Assembly (NCBI GenBank): GCA_905197045.1
Contig: CAJJXG010000006.1
Span: forward strand, 9,555-73,554
Length of the DNA: 64,000 bases
Reading direction: 5' to 3'
Source: an uncultured Bacillales bacterium
Lineage (GTDB): Bacteria > Bacillota_I > Bacilli_A > RFN20 > CAG-826
A program made the position numbers and the translations under genes. How positions within the stretch are numbered: position 1 is the first letter of the stretch; each line of letters begins with the position of its first letter. Shown piece by piece: positions 9,237-18,928 of this stretch. The notes below the pieces were generated by a model. It was not told where the DNA came from. It ran no database searches and worked only from the letters and a program-made list of their open reading frames with translations.

Positions 9237-11783
9237 TTAGTAAAGTCTAATATCAAATCTGCTTTCAAATAATCTTGCTTTACTTAAATCAATACCAAGC
9301 TTGATTTCAGTACCTTTAGCAATCTTTTCTTCAGTCTTTACGTAAATGATATTACCTAAAACATTACAGACAAGATATCTTGAGCTTTCATAATTAAGTT
9401 CATCAATTACAACTGCTCCAATACCATATTCTTGAATAGAATATGCATCATGAGGAACTTCAAGTCTAAACAAAGAAGTAAATGTTCTTGTTCCTAAAGC
9501 TTGAATTATCTTACCTTCGATTTCTTCATTAACTTTAAGATAATAACCATTAACCATTAAATATCCTTGTCTTAAAGCAAAGTTATATTTATCGTTTTTA
9601 GCCTCATAATCTTTTTCAGTTTCATTTGGCTCTAATAATTTAACTTGATTAACATCTTCTTTTTTAGCTTTAGCTGCATTAATTAATTCTTTATTCTTTG
9701 CTAATCTTTGTTTTCTTGCTTCAAGTCCAGCAGCCTTCACAGATTGTAAATCTGCTAATGTAGAAGAAACATCGTTTTTGCTATCAGCTTTTAACCATGC
9801 ATCATTTGCAGAAAGGATTGATACATAAGCATTGAAGTAATCTTGAGCTTCTTTAATCATTGCTTCATATTTACTTCTAACTTCAGCTTCACGTTTTTCG
9901 TCGCTCGCTTTTTGTTCAGCACTTCTTTCATTTAATTTCTTGACCATTGCTTCATAATCTGCAAGACCTTTTTCATAGGTTTCTTTAGAAGCGGCTAGAT
10001 CTTTTGTGAGTTGTTCTTTGATCTTCTTTTTGCCATCTTTTCCTAAATCGCCTTTTTCTAAATTAAATGTTGCTTCTGCTCTATATTTAGAATTACGAGC
10101 TTTAAATTCTTTCTTTAATGCTGCTGGAATTGTCGTATCAATTGCAACGCCTTTAAGTTCTTCTCTTTCTTTAGCTTTTACATTCTCAATGTACTTGTCA
10201 ACTATTTCAGAAACACTACGTTTTAAGGTTTTCTTACTTTCGTTTAAAGTGAATGCACTTGCAAAACCAGCAGTATATTTATCAAAAGCAGCAAGTGGTT
10301 TCAAAATGACTTTTTCGTCTTTTTGAATTTCAATCATTGTGTAATCTAAAGCAATCTTAACTTTATCACCAACTTTATGAGAATCATCATGAAGTTTTGT
10401 AAAGAAAACTCTATCTTTAGCTTTTAAATAGCAAAGTTTAACACCATTAATATCTTCAATATTAACGATTTCAGCTGGTACATCACCTCCAAATGAAATA
10501 GCATCGCTTGGTACTAATAAACTTAAATTGTCACCATCTTCGACTTTAATTGCTTCTGGTAATTTTAAGTTAATATCAAGGAATGATAAGACGTTATCTT
10601 TAACACTTGCATCGAATAAGTTCATTTCTGGAACTCTTGGCATAATGCTATCTTCAGTTTTGGAATCAAAGAAATGAATATGCGAAACATCAAAGGCTGC
10701 ATCTATAATTTCACCTGGTTTAATTCCTAAATAGCCTTTTGCATTTTTAATGATTACACGAGTCGAGGATTCAACATAACCATCACCTTGCATGTTAAGG
10801 TCACCATAAATTAATGTTTCACTTCCTAATTCTTCAAAGTGAGAAACCTTAACTTTGACAATATTCTTACTCTTTTTGACAACTTCTGGTTCAACAGAAA
10901 TATTTTCACATCTTAAGCCAACGATAACTTTAGTTTTACCATTGAAGTAAGCTGGTTGAACTTTAATTAAGTCATTGAATGGAACATATAAAACATCATC
11001 ACAATAGTCAAATTTGATTTCGACCATATCTTTATTACGTTTTAATGTTGCTTCAAAAAAGTTCATTTGAGGAGTTCCAATAAATCCTGCAACAAACTTA
11101 TTAATTGGATAATTATATAAGTTTTTAGGAGTATCGATTTGTTGAACTCTTCCTAATTTCATAACAACAATTCTAGTACCCATTGTCATAGCTTCTGTTT
11201 GATCGTGGGTAACATAAATAAATGTTGTTCCAAGTTGACTATGTAACTTTGAAATTTCAGCTCTCATTTGAGTTCTGAGTTTAGCGTCAAGGTTAGATAA
11301 AGGCTCGTCAAGCAAGAATACTTTAGGATTTCTTAAAATAGCTCTACCTAAAGCAACTCTTTGTCTTTGACCACCAGACATAGCTCTTGGTTTTCTATCA
11401 AGATATTCTTTAATGCCTAAGATATCTGCTGCCCACATAATTTTTTCATGAATTTGAGCAGCTGGAATATGTCTTAATTTGAGGCCAAAAGCCATATTAT
11501 CATAAACAGTCATGTGAGGATATAAAGCATAATTTTGGAAAACCATTGCAATATCTCTATCCTTTGGCTCAACGTTATTGACTAATCTTCCGCCAATAAA
11601 TAATTCACCAGCAGAAATATCTTCAAGGCCTGCAATCATTCTTAAAGTTGTTGATTTACCACAACCTGATGGGCCAACAAAAACAATAAATTCCTTATCC
11701 TTGATTTCCATATTGAAATCGCTAACAGCTTTTGTGCCGTTTGGATAAACTTTATAAATATGTCGTAAACTTAAATCAGCCAT
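9237..11783 (-). CDS. msmK: sugar ABC transporter ATP-binding protein, MsmK/MalK-like, with a ~470-aa C-terminal extension
   Basis: 848 aa. Residues 1-~375 form a canonical MalK-type NBD plus TOBE domain (GPSGCGKST, FQNYALYPHMTV, MSGGQRQR, FLLDEPLSNLD, VTHDQ). The extra ~470 aa comprise a second OB/TOBE-like segment, a K/E/A-rich coiled-coil region and a third OB-like segment. Confidence 0.9.
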   Translation of the reverse strand: MADLSLRHIYKVYPNGTKAVSDFNMEIKDKEFIVFVGPSGCGKSTTLRMIAGLEDISAGELFIGGRLVNNVEPKDRDIAMVFQNYALYPHMTVYDNMAFGLKLRHIPAAQIHEKIMWAADILGIKEYLDRKPRAMSGGQRQRVALGRAILRNPKVFLLDEPLSNLDAKLRTQMRAEISKLHSQLGTTFIYVTHDQTEAMTMGTRIVVMKLGRVQQIDTPKNLYNYPINKFVAGFIGTPQMNFFEATLKRNKDMVEIKFDYCDDVLYVPFNDLIKVQPAYFNGKTKVIVGLRCENISVEPEVVKKSKNIVKVKVSHFEELGSETLIYGDLNMQGDGYVESSTRVIIKNAKGYLGIKPGEIIDAAFDVSHIHFFDSKTEDSIMPRVPEMNLFDASVKDNVLSFLDINLKLPEAIKVEDGDNLSLLVPSDAISFGGDVPAEIVNIEDINGVKLCYLKAKDRVFFTKLHDDSHKVGDKVKIALDYTMIEIQKDEKVILKPLAAFDKYTAGFASAFTLNESKKTLKRSVSEIVDKYIENVKAKEREELKGVAIDTTIPAALKKEFKARNSKYRAEATFNLEKGDLGKDGKKKIKEQLTKDLAASKETYEKGLADYEAMVKKLNERSAEQKASDEKREAEVRSKYEAMIKEAQDYFNAYVSILSANDAWLKADSKNDVSSTLADLQSVKAAGLEARKQRLAKNKELINAAKAKKEDVNQVKLLEPNETEKDYEAKNDKYNFALRQGYLMVNGYYLKVNEEIEGKIIQALGTRTFTSLFRLEVPHDAYSIQEYGIGAVVIDELNYESSRYLVCNVLGNIIYVKTEEKIAKGTEIKLGIDLSKARLFESRFDIRLY

Positions 11784-11794
11784 ATTTTTCTCCC

Positions 11795-13333
11795 TTATTT
11801 ATTATTCATAATAACAATTCCACATGGAGGAATCGTTATCTTATTACCTTCAATTGAAACTTTATCTTCATTAATATCTACAAGCAAACTTTCATAACCA
11901 TTACTATCTAGATTCAGAGTAGATAAATCATAAGTCTTATTTTCAACACCGAAATTAATTATTAAATGAGTTGTTTCTTCATTATAAGTTTTTTTAATAA
12001 CTTGAAGCTCATTATCACCGGTATCGATTTTTTCAACGCTACCCTTTCGAATAGATTCGTAACTATTTCGAATATAATTTGCTTTTTTATAGTAATTTAG
12101 AATTGAGTTTTGATCTCCAAGTTGTTCTTTTACAGATGGATATATTTTTTCATCTGCAGTTGCACCACTTGGATTGTTGCAAGTTCCGTCTTCTTCTCCC
12201 CAATACATTGCTGTACGAACATTTTCATCTGGAGGATTAACACCAATCATTCCGATTTCATCCCCATAATATGTAAAAGTTGTACCACTCATCATTTGCA
12301 TGAGGCCTTGCCCAAATTTTAGGTATTTATCGTTATTTCTTGCTTGCAAGATATTTGCTGCTCTTGGATTATCATGATTTGTGATAAATGGAGCAGGAAT
12401 ATGATCACCTGCCTGCTCTACTAAGAAGGACATTTTATCTGTATAGTTATGACCTCTTCCAGTAGCAATTGCAGATGATATATCTTTTCCTAAACAATCA
12501 GTATCGTAAGCAAAGAAACTATCGATACCAGATTCATAATATCTTGTTATAAATCCAGCGCTTTCCCATGCTTCAGCTACAATATAAGCATTTTCATTAT
12601 AGCTTTTAGTTACTTCATTAATCCGTGATAAGAATTCTATATTCTTAACATCGTTTCCTTTAAAATACCAAGGTACAGCGTCTAATCTAAATCCATCAAT
12701 TCCTATATCTTCCATATAGAATCTAATGATTTCTTTAATCTCATTTTTAACATTCTCGCTATCAAGATTTAAATCAGGCATTGAACCTCCGCCAAATCCT
12801 GATTCATAATAAACTCCATTAGATATATAAGGATGAACTGAATCAGAAGTTAAAGAGAAGTTATAATAATCGGAATATTTTCCGCCTTTTCCTTCTTTAA
12901 ATGCTTTAGCTCCTTCAACAAACCACGGATTAGATGTCGATGTATGATTAAGAACTAGATCTAAAATTACATTAATACCTTTATTGTGTGCTTCTTTAAC
13001 TAAATTACGATAATCATCCATTGTACCAAGATTAGGATTTATCGAAAGGTAATCGTCAACATCATATCCATGATATGAAGGAGATTCATGAATAGGTGTA
13101 AGCCAAATTCCATTAAATCCTAAATCTTGAATATAAGATAATTTTTCGGTGATTCCATTTAAATCGCCATAACCATCACCATCAGAATCATAATATGTTC
13201 CAGGAAAAATCTCGTAATATGTACGATATTTTTCTTCTTGAGGTAAGGTTGGCGATTTAAAATCACCATTATTTGAACAAGAAGTAGTTAGCAATATTAA
13301 AGGAAATATAACTAATAACTTGCTTTTTTTCAT
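11795..13333 (-). CDS. GH13 alpha-amylase-family glycosidase, lipoprotein (extracellular alpha-glucan/maltodextrin hydrolase)
   Basis: 512 aa with lipobox LTTS-C-S. GH13 regions: GDGYGDLNGI..LSYIQDLGFNGIWLTPI, VILDLVLNHTS, GFRLDAV, VAEAW, FITNHDN. Confidence 0.9.
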   Translation of the reverse strand: MKKSKLLVIFPLILLTTSCSNNGDFKSPTLPQEEKYRTYYEIFPGTYYDSDGDGYGDLNGITEKLSYIQDLGFNGIWLTPIHESPSYHGYDVDDYLSINPNLGTMDDYRNLVKEAHNKGINVILDLVLNHTSTSNPWFVEGAKAFKEGKGGKYSDYYNFSLTSDSVHPYISNGVYYESGFGGGSMPDLNLDSENVKNEIKEIIRFYMEDIGIDGFRLDAVPWYFKGNDVKNIEFLSRINEVTKSYNENAYIVAEAWESAGFITRYYESGIDSFFAYDTDCLGKDISSAIATGRGHNYTDKMSFLVEQAGDHIPAPFITNHDNPRAANILQARNNDKYLKFGQGLMQMMSGTTFTYYGDEIGMIGVNPPDENVRTAMYWGEEDGTCNNPSGATADEKIYPSVKEQLGDQNSILNYYKKANYIRNSYESIRKGSVEKIDTGDNELQVIKKTYNEETTHLIINFGVENKTYDLSTLNLDSNGYESLLVDINEDKVSIEGNKITIPPCGIVIMNNK

Positions 13334-13338
13334 ATTGA

Positions 13339-14226
13339 TTAGCCTTTAACAGCTCCTCCAGTTACACCTTCAACATAATATCTTTGTAAGCAGAAGAAGA
13401 ATATAACAATTGGAATTGATGTAAACACAGCACCAGCACAGAATCTAGTAAAATAAAGTGTCAAGTTTTGACCATTATTACCAGTTAACCAGTTTTGTAA
13501 ACCAACTGCTACTGTCCAGTTATCTGGGCTAGTACCAAGTAAATAGCTACTCATCATGAAGTCGCCCCAAGGAGCAACAAAACTTGTTAAGATTGTGTAA
13601 ATAACAATTGGTTTTGATAAAGGTAAAATAACCTTCCAGAAAATAGTATTTCTAGTTGCGCCATCTATCATTGCAGCTTCATCAAGCGACTTTGGAATCG
13701 TATCAAAGAAACCTTTAACAACATAGTAACTCATGGCCGATCCTGCAATATAAACAAGGACTAAACCAAATGGATTACCAATCATATTGACTTGTTTTAA
13801 AACGTAATAAATTGCAATAAGAGAAAGGAAGCCTGGGAACATACCAATGACCAAAATCATCTTCATGATTCCTTGTCTGCCCTTAAATCTCATTCTTGAT
13901 AATGCATAAGATACCATTAAAACAAGTACGGTTTGAATAACACAAGTAATTACTGCAATCATTAAAGTTGTAAGATACCACTTAATGAAAGGATAAGTAT
14001 CGTTAAAATTAAATAATGCGATGTAATTATCAAAAGTCCACTCTTCTGGAATTAAATATCCAACAACACCAGTTGATTCCCCTCTAAATGATTGCAAAAT
14101 CAAATAAACAAAAGGGAAAATCCATATAATTGAAATAATAACTAAAATAACATAAGTAATTGTATTAGAAATAATACGATTACGACGTTGATGTCCTTCT
14201 TGCTTGTTTGTAAGATTCATTCTCAT
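13339..14226 (-). CDS. malG: maltodextrin/sugar ABC transporter permease (MalG-like)
   Basis: 295 aa with 6 TM helices. EAA loop: LDEAAMIDGATRNTIFWKVILP. Confidence 0.9.
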   Translation of the reverse strand: MRMNLTNKQEGHQRRNRIISNTITYVILVIISIIWIFPFVYLILQSFRGESTGVVGYLIPEEWTFDNYIALFNFNDTYPFIKWYLTTLMIAVITCVIQTVLVLMVSYALSRMRFKGRQGIMKMILVIGMFPGFLSLIAIYYVLKQVNMIGNPFGLVLVYIAGSAMSYYVVKGFFDTIPKSLDEAAMIDGATRNTIFWKVILPLSKPIVIYTILTSFVAPWGDFMMSSYLLGTSPDNWTVAVGLQNWLTGNNGQNLTLYFTRFCAGAVFTSIPIVIFFFCLQRYYVEGVTGGAVKG

Positions 14227-15728
14227 TATTGGAAATCCTCCTCGTTCTTAACTGCTTTACTTCTTGAATAGAAGATTAAGGAAATAACAGCAACAATAAC
14301 GAAGACAACAATACCAATGACAGAAGCCATCTTATAGTTGTTTTCATTGACAGTTAATTTATATAACCATGTAACAAGTAAATCAGTATCACCAGCAACG
14401 AATTTATTCGAATTAACTGGGACTCCTCCTGTTAAAAGGAAGATAACGTTAAAGTTATTAATGTTACCAACAAATGCAGAAATTAAGCTTGGACCCATAA
14501 CAAACATCATATATGGCAATGTTATATTGGCATACATTCTAAATGGATTTGCTCCATCAATTTTTGCTGATTCATATAAATCTTCAGGAATATTCATTAA
14601 AATACCAGTACAGGATAAAACGGTATATGGAATACCAACCCACACGTTGATGATAATAACGAATATTCTTGCCCAAACTGTATTAAGAGAATATGTTAAT
14701 GGTTCAAGACCAAATATAGCTAAAACACTATTAAATATACCTGTTGATTGAAACATTTGAGAAATTAAAAGTAATGAAACAAATTGAGGAACAGCAATTG
14801 TAGTAATTAAAATTGTTCTCCAGAATTTCTTAAATTTAATTCCTTTTTTATTAATCAAAAGGGCTACTACCATTCCTAAGAAAAAATTTGTAAAAGTAGC
14901 AAAAACTGCCCAAACCATTGTCCAAACAAGAGCATCAGCAAATGTATAGGCAAATTTTGAGTTTTGACCTAAAGATCCACCACCCAATAAAGTATCAAAG
15001 TTTTGGAATCCAACCCAAGTAAATAGATTTTCAGGTGGCATATGTGGTTTATCGTAATTTGTAAACGCAATAAAAATCATGAATATGAGAGGAACAATTG
15101 TAAAAACAACCAATCCTAACATAGGTAAAGCTAAAAGAGTTTTGTGATATGATCTATCAGCTAAAGCTTTAATATCATCTTTGACTCCATTAATTTTTCC
15201 GTTAATTGAAGTAATTTGTTGTAATTCAAACACTTGTTTGATACTTGAATAATAAGTATAAATAAATCCTATTATTACTAAAATACAGATTGTGCCATAA
15301 AGCAAAATCAATAGCGAATTATCTCCAGGAATAGTAACATAAACTCCCTGAGTTTCATCCCAAATTTCAGTTGGTGTTTGAGTTCCTAAACTACCAAATT
15401 TTGCTAAATAAGCCCAGCCCCACAAACCAATAAATAGTGCAAAAACTATTTCAAAAATTAAATATAAGAATCCCCTTACATATTGTTTTCTGGCGATTAA
15501 TCCAAAACCCATAACTAAGAATGAAAGTCTTGTCTTCCAATCACCAAAACTCATAGCATCGGCCAATGTTTGAAAAGGAGCTGCAACCTTTTTCAAAACC
15601 TTCATCAAATTCCCAGGTAATCTTTTGAAAAACCCGCAAAACTTTGACGGAATGTTCATAAACCAATTAGTTGTTTTATATAAAATTCGACGTGGTTTTG
15701 AAAATCCTAAGTATGATAAATCTTCCAT
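14226..15728 (-). CDS. malF: maltodextrin/sugar ABC transporter permease (MalF-like, extended N-terminus)
   Basis: 500 aa with 8 predicted TM helices. EAA loop: LYESAKIDGANPFRMYANITLP. 1-nt overlap with malG. Confidence 0.9.
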   Translation of the reverse strand: MEDLSYLGFSKPRRILYKTTNWFMNIPSKFCGFFKRLPGNLMKVLKKVAAPFQTLADAMSFGDWKTRLSFLVMGFGLIARKQYVRGFLYLIFEIVFALFIGLWGWAYLAKFGSLGTQTPTEIWDETQGVYVTIPGDNSLLILLYGTICILVIIGFIYTYYSSIKQVFELQQITSINGKINGVKDDIKALADRSYHKTLLALPMLGLVVFTIVPLIFMIFIAFTNYDKPHMPPENLFTWVGFQNFDTLLGGGSLGQNSKFAYTFADALVWTMVWAVFATFTNFFLGMVVALLINKKGIKFKKFWRTILITTIAVPQFVSLLLISQMFQSTGIFNSVLAIFGLEPLTYSLNTVWARIFVIIINVWVGIPYTVLSCTGILMNIPEDLYESAKIDGANPFRMYANITLPYMMFVMGPSLISAFVGNINNFNVIFLLTGGVPVNSNKFVAGDTDLLVTWLYKLTVNENNYKMASVIGIVVFVIVAVISLIFYSRSKAVKNEEDFQ

Positions 15729-15756
15729 AATTTAGTATTTCTCCTCCATTATAAAA

Positions 15757-15789
15757 CAGCAAAAACTTCCCGACTAAACAGTCGGGAAG
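15757..15789 (-). terminator. intra-operon hairpin/attenuator after the binding-protein gene
   Basis: 10-bp perfect stem CTTCCCGACT / AGTCGGGAAG (~15766-15775 / 15780-15789) with a 4-nt loop. Followed on the minus strand by TTTTTGCTGTTTT. Its position between the SBP and permease genes is typical for differential SBP expression. Confidence 0.65.
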
Positions 15790-15803
15790 TAAAATTTTAT
15801 TTA

Positions 15804-17090
15804 TTAAGCAATAGTTGTCATATCTTCAACTAAAGAATCAAGACTTGCTTGTAAGTTTTCTTTATTAATCTCTTTTTTATGACCAATGGAGCATCCAAAG
15901 TTTTGAACTGCTGTCCAGAAAGTTGATGGAACGTTGATTTGAGGATCTGAAGCAGCTGCAAATTGCTTATTTAAACCGACCAATGCGACATCAGATTTTA
16001 CAGCTTCGTTTTCAGCAGCCTTAATATTTGATGGTCCATAATTATAGTTCTTATATCTTAATAATTGAACTTCTTCGCTTGTAATATATTGGGCGAATTT
16101 ATGTGCTAAAACTAAATTTTTAGATTGTTTGTTGACACCAACCATCTTCATGCCAAGGAATGTTCTCATTCTCTTGGTTGTATCATTTTCTTTCATTAAT
16201 GGAAGGACATCACAACGAACATTAGCATCGTCCCAGGCGTCTTTATCAAGAACATAAGTTTTGACAGCACCAGGATAAGAAATGAAAGCGCCAATCTTAG
16301 ACATATTAGTATCTAAATAAGCATTAAGCTTAAGTCCTTCTTCACCGGCTGCTCCACCATCAACATAGGCAAAACCTTCAGTATTTGCTAAATCAATTAA
16401 GAAGTTGCCTGTATCAATTCCAGGTTGTTTATTATAATTGCATGTAATCTTGCTTTCTTTGCCATCAGCACCATATTCAACGCTATATTCACCGCCGAAA
16501 CCTGCAAAGAAGCCATAATCATACCATGAATCGCCCATTGGTACTACAAATTCTTTTCCAGCTTCTGCACATTGTTTAGCAACATCAAAGAAAGTTGTGG
16601 TTTCATCATAATCTTTTACAACACTTGCATCGTAAGTTAACATATAACCATTATCAAGTGTCATTGGATATGCATAAATTCCACCATCTGTGCCTTTACT
16701 TGCATCAACTGCAGCTTTACTGTTATTTGTTTCGACAAATGTTTTGTAGTCGCCTCCAAGTTGAGCTAAAGCACCAATATTAATTAAGTTATAAAGTTGG
16801 TCATTAGCCATTGTGAAAACATCAGCAGCACCTGTAACATCCTTTGAAACTTGGTTGTAAGCTTCTGCTTCAGAACAAGCGCCAAATTCAAATTTCATAT
16901 CAGCATATTCTGGATTAGCTGCCTTGAAATCAGTGAAAATTTGTTCATACATTGCCTTATGTTCAATAGGTGCCCAAACTTTAAATGTATTTGAGTTATC
17001 TGTTGTACTAGTTCCGTCACCACAACTGACTGCACCAACTAATGCCATAGCGCCGATAGCGGCTAAACTAAAGAGTTTAATCTTTTTCAT
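15804..17090 (-). CDS. malE: maltose/maltodextrin-binding lipoprotein (family-1 solute-binding protein)
   Basis: 428 aa with lipobox GAVS-C-G. The size, the operon context with MalF/G-like permeases, and aromatic-rich segments are typical of MalE/cyclodextrin-binding proteins. Confidence 0.85.
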   Translation of the reverse strand: MKKIKLFSLAAIGAMALVGAVSCGDGTSTTDNSNTFKVWAPIEHKAMYEQIFTDFKAANPEYADMKFEFGACSEAEAYNQVSKDVTGAADVFTMANDQLYNLINIGALAQLGGDYKTFVETNNSKAAVDASKGTDGGIYAYPMTLDNGYMLTYDASVVKDYDETTTFFDVAKQCAEAGKEFVVPMGDSWYDYGFFAGFGGEYSVEYGADGKESKITCNYNKQPGIDTGNFLIDLANTEGFAYVDGGAAGEEGLKLNAYLDTNMSKIGAFISYPGAVKTYVLDKDAWDDANVRCDVLPLMKENDTTKRMRTFLGMKMVGVNKQSKNLVLAHKFAQYITSEEVQLLRYKNYNYGPSNIKAAENEAVKSDVALVGLNKQFAAASDPQINVPSTFWTAVQNFGCSIGHKKEINKENLQASLDSLVEDMTTIA

Positions 17091-17153
17091 TAAATTTATC
17101 CTCCTATAAATTAAACTTCTTATTTATTATTAACTCTTACGAGTTTAATAAAC

Positions 17154-18665
17154 TTAATTTCTTTGGTAATTATCTACCCAACGCACAAGAACTTCCGATT
17201 TTTCTTTTGCGTGTTCTTTAAATAAGTTCTCATCCATTCTCCAAGACCAATTATCATCAGATAAAGTAGATGGAAAATTAATACGAGCTTCTTTACCTAA
17301 AGCAAATAAATCCATAATTGGGATTATTGCTGATTTCGCCTTACTTGCAAAATTTAATTCGCAAATAATAGCAGTTAACTTTTCATTAGAGAGTTTTCTA
17401 GCAAAAGGTACGCCAAACTTTTTGCACTCATCTTCCAAAATATCAAGCATCAACTTCTTTTCTTTTTCACTCAAATCATCAATAAATTGACGTGTAGTTT
17501 TTGAATCATGAGTTCCGGTATAAGAAAAGAAATTATATGTATAATTTGAAGGTCTCCAAATATTTTTTGGATCGGCATCTTCAAAAGCTTGATCTACAAT
17601 TTTCATTCCTGGATAACCAGTTTGCTTCATAAGAGTTAAGAATTTATCATCAATCATTCCTAAATCTTCAGCAACGATTGGATATTCCAATTTATCTTTA
17701 AATAAATCGAATCCTGGGCCATCAACCCAAACTCCATTACGAGCTGTTTTATCACCGTATGGAATTGAAAAATAACGACTGAATCCTCTAAAATGGTCAA
17801 TTCTAATTAAGTCATAAAGTTTTAAAGCGTTATCGATTCTTTCATTCCACCACTTATAACCACTCTTTTTATGATATGACCAATCATATAAAGGATTGCC
17901 CCATAATTGCCCATCTTCACTAAAGCAATCTGGTGGTACGCCAGCAACTTTTTTTGGAACTAAATTTTCATCCAAATCAAAAAGATAAGGATATTTCCAA
18001 ACTTCTACAGAATCATAAGCAACATAAATAGGTAAATCGCCCATTATTTGGATTCCATTTTTATTTGCGTATTCTTTTAAGGAATTATATTCATTTAAAA
18101 ATTCAAATTGAGTCCACATATAAAACAAATAATCGTTTTTATATGTAGTTTTAACCTCTTTTTCTAAAGAAAGAGAATATTTACTCCATTTATCATTCCA
18201 TTCATACCAAGGTTTTAAAGAATGTAAATCTTTTAAAACCATGAAAATAGCAAAATCATTAAAATTTTGTCCTTCTTCCAAGAATTTTTTAAATGTTTCA
18301 TCTGTTAGGTCAAAACGTGAAAAAGCTAATCTCAATACCTTCAATTTATTGTTAAAGATTGCTCCATAGTCAACTCTTGAAGAATTTTCACCCCAAAATT
18401 CGCTTTCTACTTCTTCTTTCTTCAATAAACCTTTTTCAATTAATTTATCAAAATCAATAAAATAATAATTTAATGCATAGTTTGAAGGCGATTGATAAGG
18501 TGAATTCCCAAAGCTTGTAACATTTAAAGGTAAAATTTGCCAAATAGAGAATTCAGACTCTTTCAAAAAATCTACCAATTCATAGGCAGCTTTACCCAAA
18601 GTTCCAATCCCATATTTCCCCCAAAGAGAAGATATTGGAAACAACAATCCCGCATTTCTTTTCAT
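17154..18665 (-). CDS. malQ: 4-alpha-glucanotransferase (amylomaltase, GH77)
   Basis: 503 aa. GH77 hallmarks: GIGTLG near the N-terminus, IRIDHFRGF, PIVAEDLG, YTGTHDS. Confidence 0.92.
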   Translation of the reverse strand: MKRNAGLLFPISSLWGKYGIGTLGKAAYELVDFLKESEFSIWQILPLNVTSFGNSPYQSPSNYALNYYFIDFDKLIEKGLLKKEEVESEFWGENSSRVDYGAIFNNKLKVLRLAFSRFDLTDETFKKFLEEGQNFNDFAIFMVLKDLHSLKPWYEWNDKWSKYSLSLEKEVKTTYKNDYLFYMWTQFEFLNEYNSLKEYANKNGIQIMGDLPIYVAYDSVEVWKYPYLFDLDENLVPKKVAGVPPDCFSEDGQLWGNPLYDWSYHKKSGYKWWNERIDNALKLYDLIRIDHFRGFSRYFSIPYGDKTARNGVWVDGPGFDLFKDKLEYPIVAEDLGMIDDKFLTLMKQTGYPGMKIVDQAFEDADPKNIWRPSNYTYNFFSYTGTHDSKTTRQFIDDLSEKEKKLMLDILEDECKKFGVPFARKLSNEKLTAIICELNFASKAKSAIIPIMDLFALGKEARINFPSTLSDDNWSWRMDENLFKEHAKEKSEVLVRWVDNYQRN

Positions 18666-18687
18666 AAAAATTTACTTCCCTAAAATA

Positions 18688-18729
18688 TGTAAGCGCTTAC
18701 ATTATAATAGGTCAAATTTTGCATGTCAA
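18688..18729 (-). promoter_or_regulatory. consensus sigma-A promoter with an abutting perfect cre (CcpA) box for the mal operon
   Basis: Minus strand reads TTGACA-(17 nt)-TATAAT (+ strand ~18724-18729 and ~18701-18706). The 14-bp palindrome TGTAAGCGCTTACA (~18688-18701) starts at the last base of the -10 and matches the cre consensus WTGNAANCGNWNNCW. It lies ~25 nt upstream of the malQ start. Confidence 0.75.
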
Positions 18730-18928
18730 ACATAAAAAGTATGATAAATATCGCATACTTTTAAATGTTGTGAATTAATTATTTAAAATGATGATAATTT
18801 TTTCAGATTTTTTACAATGAATCAAAAAAATATCGATAATTATCGTATTTTTAACGATTATTTTAAAATAAAAAATTAAATGATAAGTATCGCATTTTTA
18901 ACAAAAATCAAAATTAGTTAATTATTTT

